Of a stretch of 64,000 bases of DNA, positions 23,291-34,251 are shown one piece after another (the first letter of the stretch is position 1; every line of letters begins with the position of its first letter). The notes beneath the pieces were generated by a model, which was not told where the DNA came from, made no database searches, and worked only from the letters and a program-made list of their open reading frames with translations. The position numbers and the translations under genes are program-made. The stretch covers positions 146,533 to 210,532 of the forward strand of contig NIVC01000138.1 in assembly GCA_002269645.1 (NCBI GenBank). Direction: 5' to 3'. This DNA comes from Macrostomum lignano (Eukaryota).

Positions 23291-23794
23291 CGTATCCAAG
23301 GCCGTTTCCAAGGCCGTATCCAAGGCCGTATTTAATACACAAAAGTTACCATAATCCGTGTTGAGAAGAAGACGCTTGTTGACCACTCAAAGGCATCATA
23401 CAGTACAGGCACTGTAGCTCAACACAGATTAATCACCTGCAAAAGTCCTGCCTTGTCCTCGGTACCAAATTACCTGACCTGGTCTCCAGCCTCTCATTAC
23501 ACTGTGTATAACAGATCAGATTTCGCATCCGAAACTGGAAACCCCAATTCAAAAGACAGATTTTTTAGGATTAACGGGGGCCAAATCATGTCAGTGGTAA
23601 ATGACCCAAATTTGATTGGTTATTTGATTTTGCGTTGTCTTCTGAAATTACAAGGCGATGCCTGACGATATGAAAGTCAGGACAGCTGTACACCCGGTGA
23701 GAGCGTGTGTATTGCAGGATGCGGGTTGACCGGAAGTCCCCCACTCCCATCAAGTGCTGCTAGAACCAATTTGAGTTTTAGCCACATGCAAGTA

Positions 23795-24050
23795 TTAGGG
23801 TGCCCAGGTTAGGGTGCCCAGGTTAGGGTGCCCAGGTTAGGGTGCCCAGGTTAGGGTGCTCAGGTTAGGGTGCCCAGGTTAGGGTGCCCAGGTTAGGGTG
23901 CCCAGGTTAGGGTGCCCAGGTTAGGGTGCCCAGGTTAGGGTGCCCAGGTTAGGGTGCCCAGGTTAGGGTGCCCAGGTTAGGGTGCCCAGGTTAGGGTGCC
24001 CAGGTTAGGGTGCCCAGGTTAGGGTGCCCAGGTTAGGGTGCCCAGGTTAG
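23795..24050. repeat. Minisatellite, 14-bp unit TTAGGGTGCCCAGG, ~18 near-perfect copies
   Basis: Direct periodicity; each unit contains the TTAGGG hexamer. Confidence 0.97.
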
Positions 24051-24149
24051 ACTAAAAAGTGCTCAACAAGAGTTCCTCCATCTACTGTAAATGCACGTCT
24101 ATGCGTGTCTTAGTCTGGGCTGACAGGATGTTCTTTTACTAGAGTTTTC

Positions 24150-25050
24150 TGTTCAGATTCATCACTCTTCTGAAATTTTGCTCTCTGAATCAGTCCTCTG
24201 ACATTTTCCCCTCACTCTGAACACTGGAGCACTCACTCTTCTGAAAGTTTGTTCTCTGAATCAGTCCTCTGACATTTTCCCCTCACTCTGAACACTGGAG
24301 CACTCACTCTTCTGAAAGTTTGTTCTCTGAATCAGTCCTCTGACATTTTCCCCTCACTCTGAACACTGGAGCACTCACTCTTCTGACAGTTTGCTCTTTT
24401 CTGACTAAGCACTCACTCTTCCAAGTTTTTATTTTTCTGACTAAGCACTCTTTTTACAGTTTGCCCTTTCTGACTGAGCACTGTTCTAACAGTGTGCTCT
24501 CCTCTGACTGAGCACTCTTCTGACAGTTTGCTCTCCTCTGACTGAGCACTCTTCTGACAGTTTACTCTCCTCTGGCTGAGCACTCTTCTGACAGTTTGCT
24601 CTCCTCTGACTGAGCACTCTTCTGACAGTTTGCTCTCCTCTGACTGAGCACTCTTCTGACAGTTTGCTCTCCTCTGACTGAGCACTCTTCTGACAGTTTG
24701 CTCTCCTCTAACTGAGCACTCTTCTGACAGTTTGCTCTCCTCTGACTGAGCACTCTTCTGACAGTTTGCTCTCCTCTGACTGAGCACTCTTCTGACAGTT
24801 TGCTCTCCTCTAACTCAGCACTCTTCTGACAGTTTACTCTCCTCTGACTGAGCACACTTCTGACAGTTTGCTCTCCTCTGACTGAGCACTCTTCTGACAG
24901 TTTGCTCTCCTCTGACTGAGCACTCTTCTGACAGTTTGCTCTCCTCTGACTGAGCACTCTTCTGATAGTTTGCTCTCCTCTGACTGAGCACTCTTCTGAC
25001 AGTTTGCTCTCCTCTGACTGAGCACTCTTCTGACAGTTTGCTCTCCTCTG
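24150..25050. repeat. Compound array: ~3 copies of a 71-bp unit followed by ~18 copies of a related 34-bp unit (ctctcctctgactgagcactcttctgacagtttg)
   Basis: cagtcctctg recurs at 24191, 24262 and 24333; 34-bp periodicity from ~24480. Confidence 0.93.
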
Positions 25051-25399
25051 GATGAGCTTGAGAAGCGAATAACTATAAGGAAATGTTAGAAGCAACGTTT
25101 TCATAAGGAAAGCAGTAGTTACTGATGCAGTATAACATCGATTTCTTGTAGAGCTCGAGCTCAGTAGCTATGTAATCCGCTTCAGACCGTAATCTCCAGT
25201 GCTCCTCATCGATAGAACTTCTCATACGAGTCTCCACTCAGCTTTCTCCGATCGATGCGCGCGCATAAATTTAAAGCTACTCGAAAATAAATATGACTAG
25301 GTGTTTACGCATGTGAAGTGCAGGACCATCTGGGAGAAAACGAATTGGAGATTGGGTTGGAGATGGGCTCAAAGGAAGATAACGAAAGAAATTTACATG

Positions 25400-26420
25400 A
25401 TGAACTGGAATGAACTGGAATAAACTGGAATGAACTGGAATGAACTGGAATGAACTGGAATGAACTGGAATGAACTGGAATGAACTGGAATGAACAGGAA
25501 TGAACTGGAATGAACTGGAATGAACTGGAATGAACAGGAATGAACTGGAATGAACTGGAATGATCTGGAATAAACTGGAATGAACTGGAATGAACTGGAA
25601 TGAACTGGAATGAACTGGAATGAACTGGAATGAACTGGAATGAACTGGAATAAACTGGAATAAACTGGTATGAACTGGAATGAACTGGAATAAACTGGAA
25701 TGAACTGGAATGAACTGGAATGAACTGGAATAAACTGGAATGAACTGGAATGAATTGGAATGAACTGGAATAAACTGGAATAAGCTGGAATGAACTGGAA
25801 TAAACTGGATTGAACTGGAATGAACTGGAATGAACTGGAATAAACTGGAATGAACTGGAATAAACTGGAATGAACTGGAAACTACTGGAATAAACTGGAA
25901 TTAACTGGAATGAACTGCCATGAACTGCAATGAACAGGAATAAACTGGAATGAACTGGAATAAACTGGAATGAACTGCAATGAACTGCAATGAACAGGAA
26001 TGAACTGGAATGAACTGGAATAAACTGGAATGAACTGGAATAAACTGGAATGAACTGGAATAAACTGGAATAAACTGGAATTAACTGGAATGAACTGCCA
26101 TGAACTGCAATGAACAGGAATAAACTGGAATGAACTGGAATAAACTGGAATGAACTGCAATGAACTGCAATGAACAGGAATGAACTGGAATGAACTGGAA
26201 TAAACTGGAATGAACTGGAATAAACTGGAATGAACTGGAATAAACTGGAATAAACTGGAATTAACTGGAATGAACTGCCATGAACTGCAATGAACAGGAA
26301 TAAACTGGAATGAACTGGAATAAACTGGAATGAACTGCAATGAACTGCAATGAACAGGAATAAACTGGAATGAACTGGAATGAACTGGAATGAACTGGGA
26401 TGAATTGGCATGAACTACAA
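25400..26420. repeat. 10-bp satellite (tgaactggaa)n, ~100 copies, with a 180-bp higher-order block
   Basis: Variant block ttaactggaa-tgaactgcca-tgaactgcaa-tgaacaggaa recurs at 25901, 26081 and 26261. Confidence 0.97.
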
Positions 26421-27059
26421 TGATCTGGTATAAAGATGGAATGACATCGAATGTCCGAATGAAATGAAATAAAATAGATGGAATTGGATCAAAGACTCAG
26501 ACACTGATAAAGAAGGATCGAGAGGGATATATTGTATAAGCTAAAAATAGAACAAAATTCGGTCAGAAATCGCAAGCCTACTTAAGAGTTGATAAGTCAG
26601 TCAGTCTCCATTATAAGCCACTGCTGCTGCTGCTGCTCTAAGCTGCGAATTCTATGAATCTGGGCGAGAGGACGAAAATTGGATTCGTCACCGCCCCGCC
26701 GCCCCCCCCCCCGGGGATATTCGATGACTAAAAGCTCTGCCTACTCCCCTTCCCTATCGTCTAGCTATCCCTAAACTACACACGATGATTCCAAATGCCT
26801 GAAACGCCTCTATCAACAGTTCTTTATAGGGCCCTGAGATTTTAGCTGCAGCATCAACATTGCTATCTTCTTCTGTACGGTCTCTTTCTTCCCCATCTCA
26901 TCATCCCTTCCCCTCCCTCCAAAGTTCCCTTTTCCCTCTCCCCCTAGCAGAAAATTTTCTTCCCAAAACCAAAATCATGTGAGCGAGCAACCCAGAAATC
27001 CTCCCCTATCTTACCATCCAGTAACTTCCCATGGCTTAATACTGCAGTAGTAAATACAG

Positions 27060-27690
27060 CAAGGATACATGAGATGGGAGATGAGAAGATGAGATGAGAG
27101 GGTAAGAAGATAAGATGAGAGGATACATAAGATGAGAGATGAGAGGATATACATGAGATGAGAGATGAGAGGATATACATGAGATGAGAGATGAGAGGAT
27201 ATACATGAGATGAGAGATGAGAGGATATACATAAGATGAGAGATAAGAGGATACACATAAGATGAGAGATAAGAGGATATACATGAGATGAGAGATAAGA
27301 GGATATACATAAGATGAAAGATGAGAGGATATACATAAGATGAGAGATAAGAGGATACACATAAGATGAGAGATAAGAGGATATACATAAGATGAGAGAT
27401 GAGAGGATATACATGAGATGAGAGATAAGAGGATATACATAAGATGAGAGATGAGAGGATATACATAAGATGAGAGATAAGAGGATACACATAAGATGAG
27501 AGATAAGAGGATATACATAAGATGAGAGATGAGAGGATATACATAAGATGAGAGATGAGAGGATATACATAAGAGGAGAGATAAGAGGATATACATAAGA
27601 TGAGAGATGAGAGGATATACATAAGATGAGAGATAAGAGGATATACATAAGATGAGAGATGAGAGGATATACATAAGAGGAGAGATGAAA
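27060..27690. repeat. Purine-rich minisatellite, 26-bp unit (gatgagagatgagaggatatacataa), ~23 copies
   Basis: Direct periodicity. Confidence 0.95.
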
Positions 27691-27696
27691 GTAGCT

Positions 27697-27762
27697 GAGA
27701 AGAGACAAACCTCATTGCTACTCTGAAGTGTCAAAGGATCCGAGGGCCGGAGTTGCCTATTG
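27697..27762 (-). mobile_element. Inverted left-arm remnant of the Charlie-like MITE family
   Basis: gagaagagacaaacc is nearly the reverse complement of ggtttgtctcttct (~12407-12420). tcaaaggatccgagggcc matches the reverse complement of ggccctcgggtcctttga (12343-12360). ggagttgcc is a TIR remnant. Confidence 0.65.
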
Positions 27763-28223
27763 ATAGCTGTGGGAAGCATGATTGACAAGATCGAGTGATG
27801 CAAAGCATAAGAATTGGAAATTTGAACAGATGCAAAAGCTCGTTGAAATGGTGGCGGAGAGAGTCCATCTCATCCTCAACCACTTGCCACTCACGCCATG
27901 CGCGGTTAAGAGACGAGCTCAAGAAAGAGGAGAAAGACTCGTTTCCCCGACGCCCCCTGCCTACCTTCACTTTCTCTTCTTCATCGAGATCCAGCTGAGT
28001 ACAGGGAGCTTCCCCATTGGTCCGAAATTTGTTCGCCAAAACAGCCGCGAGACAGACAGGCTGCAAGGGGGGGGGGCAACTCGGCCAGCACTCGGGCAAG
28101 AAGCAGGAGAGGCAGAACTGTTTTTAAGAGAATTTTCTAGAAAACTTTCTTCTCGGTCTTGGGGGTTAGCTCTCCTAGTAGAAACAGCAACAAACTTCTG
28201 GTTGAACTCTTCTTCTTGCAAGC

Positions 28224-31200
28224 ATGGCTGTTTCAGGCGGACTACTTTGTGGAGCTGCGGTGGTAACGCTGCTGTGTCTGCTGAATGGAGCGGAGGCTGG
28301 CGACCCGGTCCAGTGGGGCTACGACAAAGGAGACGGGCCGTCGGCCTGGCCGGACCTGTACAAGCGCTGGTGCTCCGGCAGGAAGCAGTCGCCGATTAAG
28401 CTGACAACAGCCCAGTCTGTTTACGATCCGTCGCTTGACACTTACACGATTAGCGAGCCGGCTTATGCCGGGAAACAGTACAAAATTCTCAACGATGGGC
28501 ACAAAGGTATTTTAATTTTTTTTCTTCTCATTGATGTTTCCTTGTAAAATAAACATTTTTTAAATTATTCTTTTGTCAGTATTGTATCATTCCCCGCCTT
28601 TAAGGTATAAACAACAGAGGATTCCCCGTATAGAGGGTATTCTCATTAGGGGATTCCCCTTATAGAGGGTATCCGCATTAGGGGATTCCCCGTCTATAGG
28701 GTATCATCAGGGATTCCCCGTATATAGGGTATCATCAAAAAGGGATTCCCGTATATAGGGTATCATCAAAAATGGATTTCCGAATATAGGGTATCATCAT
28801 TAGGGGATTCCCCGTCTGTAGGGTATCATCATGAGGGGATTCCCCGTTTGTAGGGTATCCTCATTTGGGGATTCCCCGTCTATAGGGTATCATCATTAGG
28901 GAGTTCCCCGTCTATAGGGAGATTATCATCATGAGGGGATTCCCCCGTCTGCAGGGTATCATTATGAAGGGATTCCCTTCTATAGGGTATCATATTTGGG
29001 GATTCCCCGGCTATAGGGTATCCATTGTAAATTGTAAATTGCAGCCATTGTAAATTGATAAGTCTGACGCAAAGTAATTCATAAATCCGGTATCTCCCAC
29101 CCCCAGTGCTGGTTGATTTCCAGAATATGCGAGTGAACCTCAGCCTCAACCGGCACGAGCGCGAGTGCTTCAGGCCGCATCACGTGCACTGGCACTGGGG
29201 CGACAAGAATTCTATCGGCTCCGAGCACTGGCTGGAGGGCAAGCAGTACCCGCTTGAGGTTTGAAACTAATCTGCACTGAAAATCTGTATTCGTTAATTA
29301 ATTTGCAATATTACTTTCTGCTTTAATTTAATACATTTCTTCTTACTTGACTTCTAGAGCTTAACTATAATAGACTATCTATAGACAGTGAAAGCTCAGG
29401 CCATAGACAGTGAAAGCTCAGGCCATAGACAGTGAAAGCTCAGGCCATAGACAGTGACAGCTCAGGCCAGAGACAGTGAAAGATCAGGCCATAGACAGTG
29501 AAACAGTGAAAGCGCAGACCATAGACAGTGAAAGTTCAGGCCATAGACAGTGAAACAGTGAAAGCGCAGACCATAGACAGCGAAAGTTCAGGCCATAGAC
29601 AGTGAAACAGTGAAAGCGCAGACCATAGACAGCGAAAGTTCAGGCCATAGACAGTGAAACAGTGAAAGCGCAGACCATAGACAGTGAAAGTTCAAACCAT
29701 AGACAGTGAAACAGTGAAAGCGCAGACCATAGACAGCAAAAGCTCAGGCCATAGACAGTGAAAGATCAGGCCATAGACAGTGAAACAGTGAAAGCGCAGA
29801 CCATAGACAGTGAAAGTTCAGGCCATAGACAGTGAAACAGTGAAAGCGCAGACCATAGACAGCGAAAGTTCAGGCCATAGACAGTGAAACAGTGAAAGCG
29901 CAGACCATAGACAGCGAAAGTTCAGGCCATAGACAGTGAAACAGTGAAAGCGCAGACCATAGACAGTGAAAGTTCAAACCATAGACAGTGAAACAGTGAA
30001 AGCGCAGACCATAGACAGCAAAAGCTCAGGCCATAGACAGTGAAAGCTCAGGCCATAGACAGTGAAAGCTAGGGCCATAGACAGGAAAAGCTCATGCCAT
30101 AGACGGTGAAACCTCAGGCCATAGGCAGTAGGCTTTTAGAAAATTCACTTTCACAATCGTTGGGCCTCATTGCCAATAGTTGAAATGCTTGAGTAAATAT
30201 TCGAGCTTCAAAAATAGACTTAACAAAATATGTCAAGTTACGAGTAGCCAATTCAAACTCGAAAACAATTTCTACTTGTATCCAGGGTCACATCGTGATG
30301 TGGGACTGCCGATTCTGGGACTCGTTCGCAGAGGCCGCTCATGGAATCGATGGACTGGCCGTTCTGGGTGTGTTCTATGAGGTAATTATGAGTATTAATA
30401 CTGAAGCATTGTGACAATAAAATATGGCACAATAGTTCAAATAAATAGTTGAATAGAGAAGCCGAAAAATCATAGCTTGCATAGCTCATACTTGCATAGC
30501 TTAATCATATTTGGCAACAAGTCGAAAATGCTACTACGAGTAGTTAAAAAATGTTAGTAAGGAATAGTTAAGCATTTGTGAGAAAGAATCAATGAATTCA
30601 TAAAATAATTTGACTAAAAGATTTGCCTATTGCATGTTGCCATGTCTCTACTGAATGTCTATTGAATGTCTATCGAATGTTACAAGGGCTCTATTGATGT
30701 CTCACATTTTCGCACCGTAACAGATCGACAACAGCGTGCAGCTGAGCCCCGACCGCGGCATCGGCGAGATCATAAGCTTCTTCGACCGGCCGCAGGTGTC
30801 CAGCTGCGACCAATGCGTGAACAAAGACTACAATAATCCGGGAGTCAACTTGCCCGCCTTCAGCATCAAAGAGCTACTGCCGAAGGATATGTCCAGCTAT
30901 TTTGTGTACTACGGCTCGCTGACCACCCCGGACTGTCGGGAGAATGTCATGTGGACCGTGTTCCGCGAGCCAATCAAGATTCCGCAGAGTGCGGTGAGTG
31001 TACACCAGGCTGAGGGCGGTGAGTGTACACAGCTGAGGGCGGCGAGTGTACACAGTTGAGGGCGGCGAGTGTACAAAGTTGAGGGCGGTGAGTGTACACA
31101 GCTGAGGGCGGTGAGTGTACACAGTTGAGGGCGGCGAGTGTACACAGTTGAGGGCGGCGAGTGTACACAGTTGAGGGCGGTGAGTGTACACAGCTGAGGG

Positions 31201-31712
31201 CGGTGAGTGTACACAGTTGAGGGCGGCGAGTGTACACAGTTGAGGGCGGCGAGTGTACACAGTTGAGGGCGGTGAGTGTACACCGCAAGCAGGCACACTC
31301 ACATAAGGTGTACATCGGCCCTGGATTTCTTTTCGATTTCGAAAATTTTCGAAAGTGAATGTACACTCTCTCCGCGCCTTGAGGGGGGAGCTCGGAAAAC
31401 AAGCCTTTGGGGCCATACAAGAGCCTCCAATTAATGTACTCGCACGCGGATTCGAACCCCCAGATGGACAAATTCCGCAACCTGTCGATGCCGCAGAACA
31501 GCACCACCGGCCTGCGCCGCCCAATGGTGAACAACTTCCGCGGCCCAATGCCGCTCAATCCAGCCGATCCGATTGGCGCCCGGCGCCAGCTGTCGCGCTC
31601 CTTCGGCAGCGATGTTGGCGCCGCGATGGCCGTCTGCGCGCCGGACAAGCGACTCCTGGTGCTCGCGGCCAGCTTGCTGGCAGTGGCCGGGCTGGCCGCC
31701 TGCCGGGGCTAA
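28224..31712 (+). CDS. Alpha-carbonic anhydrase, secreted and probably GPI-anchored (CA IV-like architecture), 349 aa. Exons 28224-28506, 29107-29258, 30286-30381, 30724-30993, 31464-31712
   Basis: Signal peptide MAVSGG...AEA; WGY...W...CSGRKQSPI; NDGH (His64 equivalent); HWHWG...GSEH...YPLEGH (three Zn-ligand His); YYGSLTTPDC.ENVMWTVF; NNFRGPMPLN; hydrophobic C-terminal tail. GT-AG introns in frame. Confidence 0.95.
28615..29025. repeat. Minisatellite, ~31-bp unit built around the palindrome GGGGATTCCCC, ~13 copies, CA intron 1
   Basis: gg(g)gattcccc recurs every 29-37 bp followed by gtctatagggtatcatca. Confidence 0.9.
29381..30126. repeat. Compound minisatellite of 22-bp (catagacagtgaaagctcaggc) and 30-bp units with a 282-bp higher-order duplication, CA intron 2
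   Basis: Variant ttcaaacc at 29691 and 29973; agacagcaaaagc at 29731 and 30013. Confidence 0.93.
30994..31286. repeat. Minisatellite, 23-bp unit (gagtgtacacagttgagggcggt/c) starting exactly at the CA exon 4 donor
   Basis: Direct periodicity, ~12 copies. Confidence 0.95.
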
Positions 31713-31954
31713 AGTGCCGGCCGGCTATGACCAGAGAGAGGCACGGGACTCGGGTGTATTATTGGGACTCTCCTCTCTTGAACCCGCAGCTGCGTACTGA
31801 GCATTACAATCTTCAATCCTGTTAAACCATGATATGCTTGTATCAATGTGATGTGGAACCCCTTGATTAGCTATGTAATTATAACCGGATCAGCAGGTAC
31901 AATTATGACTCATAATTAATGTACACTTTGGATCGTCAACATGCACTGTACATG

Positions 31955-32328
31955 CAATTAGGACCCAAGCCTGTACAATTAGGACCCAATCCTGTCCTTA
32001 CATGACCCAATCCTGTACAACTAGGATCCAATCCTGTGCAATTAGGACCCAATCCTGTCCTTACAGGACCCAATCCTGTACAATCAGGACCCCATGCTGT
32101 ACAACTAGGATTCAACCCTGTACAATTAGGACCCATCCTGTACAATTAGGACCCAATCCTGTACAACTAAGATTCAATCCTGTACAATTAGGACCCAATC
32201 CTGTCCTTACAGGACCCAATCCTGTCCTTACAGGACCCAAATCCTGTACAACTAGGATCCAATCCTGTACAATCAGGACCCAATCCTGTACAACTAGAAC
32301 CCAATCCTATACAATTAGAACCCAATCC
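31955..32328. repeat. Minisatellite, 21-bp unit (acaattaggacccaatcctgt), ~17 degenerate copies
   Basis: Direct periodicity. Confidence 0.9.
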
Positions 32329-32443
32329 GGTTTAAAGTTGGAATATAATTCAATACCAAACTCAGTCTTGAACAAGCAGATCGAGCCATATGATCCTAGT
32401 CATCTACTGTAGGAGCATGTACAACTGAATTAGAATGAGAGTA

Positions 32444-32632
32444 CACTCGATTTTCTTAGAAATGAGCCGGAGGAGGCCGCGGTAAGGAACGTACGTGTAC
32501 ATTTGTGTACAATCGAATTTTTCTCAACCGAATTTGTCTATGGCGAAACCTCATGCTATGTGTATGTAATTGATACGACAAATATCTGTTCGATCCTTAC
32601 CGTTCCCAGCTCATTTCTAAGAAAATGAAACG
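32444..32632. mobile_element. TA-flanked MITE (Tc1/mariner/pogo-type), 189 bp
   Basis: 24-bp TIR matching at 20/24, including a perfect 18-bp attttcttagaaatgagc, plus an inner cggtaagga/tccttaccg pair. TA on both sides. Confidence 0.7.
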
Positions 32633-33435
32633 TAGCGTCATTCTGCTTCAGTTGTGCATCTGTATGAGCTGGCAGTGGAACCCTATTGAGTATGTACAAT
32701 TGAAGCTACTGCTATAAACGTAAAATTTTAGTTAAAAAAGTAAATGTTACTAGCAAAATTAAAACAAGAAATTATACTAAAACTTTTTTGTTAAAATTTG
32801 AAAAAGTGTTGTCTTTTAAGGCTTTTCTCTAAATGAAATGTTTATGATAATTAAAATTATTAATTAATATTTTAATTATATCACAATGTTGCGCTTAACG
32901 ATATTTTATTATAACATATAATCTATCCTTTATCATTAGCATGCTTGTTAACATTAATATTCCCACTCCACGAATTAATAATCAATGATTTATTTACTTT
33001 TTTTTCGTTATTTCTCAGTTTTTTAATTTGAATATTAATAGTCAATTTAGCCACTATTAGTAGAACACAAACAAAATATCAAATTGAAATAAAAGACAAT
33101 CAAAACAGACAACAATGACGTGATTTTTCCACCTTTTCAATTGCTTTTCACCGAATTAGCTCTTTTGAAATGCTGGAGCCGTAATAGTTGTTCTATTTTT
33201 GTTTAATATGTAAAGACGGTTCTTTGCGATTGCTTTAAAAGAAATTAATAAAATTTCGTTTAAATTATTTGTGTCGAAATCACTGCAGCAATAATGAGAG
33301 TGAGGCTTGAATATATAATCGATTTATAAACAATTTGGATGATCAGGAGAAATATTTCCTAGTTTTAATTAATTGTATTTTCAGGCGATACTGAAATCGC
33401 TGACAGCTGATTTTCAATTTTGCTCTTTGCTCGAG

Positions 33436-34251
33436 ACTGAGGGGTGGGGGTTGTGCCAGCCACTGCGGGACTGAGGGGTGGGGTTTGTGCCAGCCACTGC
33501 GGGACTGAGGGGTGCGGTTTGTGCCAGCCACTGCGGGACTGAGGGGTGTGGGTTGTGCCAGCCACTGCGGGACTGAGGGGTGTGGGTTGTGCCAGCCACT
33601 GCGGGACTGAGGGGTGTGGGTTGTGCCAGCCACTGCGGGACTGAGGGGTGGGGGTTGTGCCAGCCACTGCGGGACTGAGGGGTGGGGTTGTGCCGGCCAC
33701 TGCGGGACTGAGGGGTGGGGGTTGTGCCAGCCACTGCGGGACTGAGGGGTGGGGTTTGTGCCAGCCACTGCGGGACTGAGGGGTGTGGGTTGTGCCAGCC
33801 ACTGCGGGACTGAGGGGTGCGGTTTGTGCCAGCCACTGCGGGACTGAGGGGTGTGGGTTGTGCCAGCCACTGCGGGACTGAGGGGTGGGGGTTGTGCCAG
33901 CCACTGCGGGACTGAGGGGTGGGGTTGTGCCGGCCACTGCGGGACTGAGGGATGGGGGTTGTGCCAGCCACTGCGGGACTGAGGGGTGGGGTTTGTGCCA
34001 GCCACTGCGGGACTGAGGGGTGGGGTTTGTGCCAGCCACTGCGGGACTGAGGGGTGTGGGTTGTGCCAGCCACTGCGGGACTGAGGGGTGTGGGTTGTGC
34101 CAGCCACTGCGGGACTGAGGGGTGGGGGTTGTGCCAGCCACTGCGGGACTGAGGGGTGGGGTTGTGCCAGCCACTGCGGGACTGAGGGGTGTGGGTTGTG
34201 CCGGCCACTGCGGGACTGAGGGGTGTGGGTTGTTCCGGCCACTGCGGGACT
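33436..34251. repeat. G-rich minisatellite, 33-34-bp unit (gggactgaggggtgggggttgtgccagccactgc), ~24 copies
   Basis: Direct periodicity. Confidence 0.97.

Noticed and set aside
27782-28399. 205-aa + strand ORF overlapping the CA start
   Set aside because: No recognisable domain; it overlaps the CA signal-peptide exon in another frame and is likely a chance GC-rich ORF
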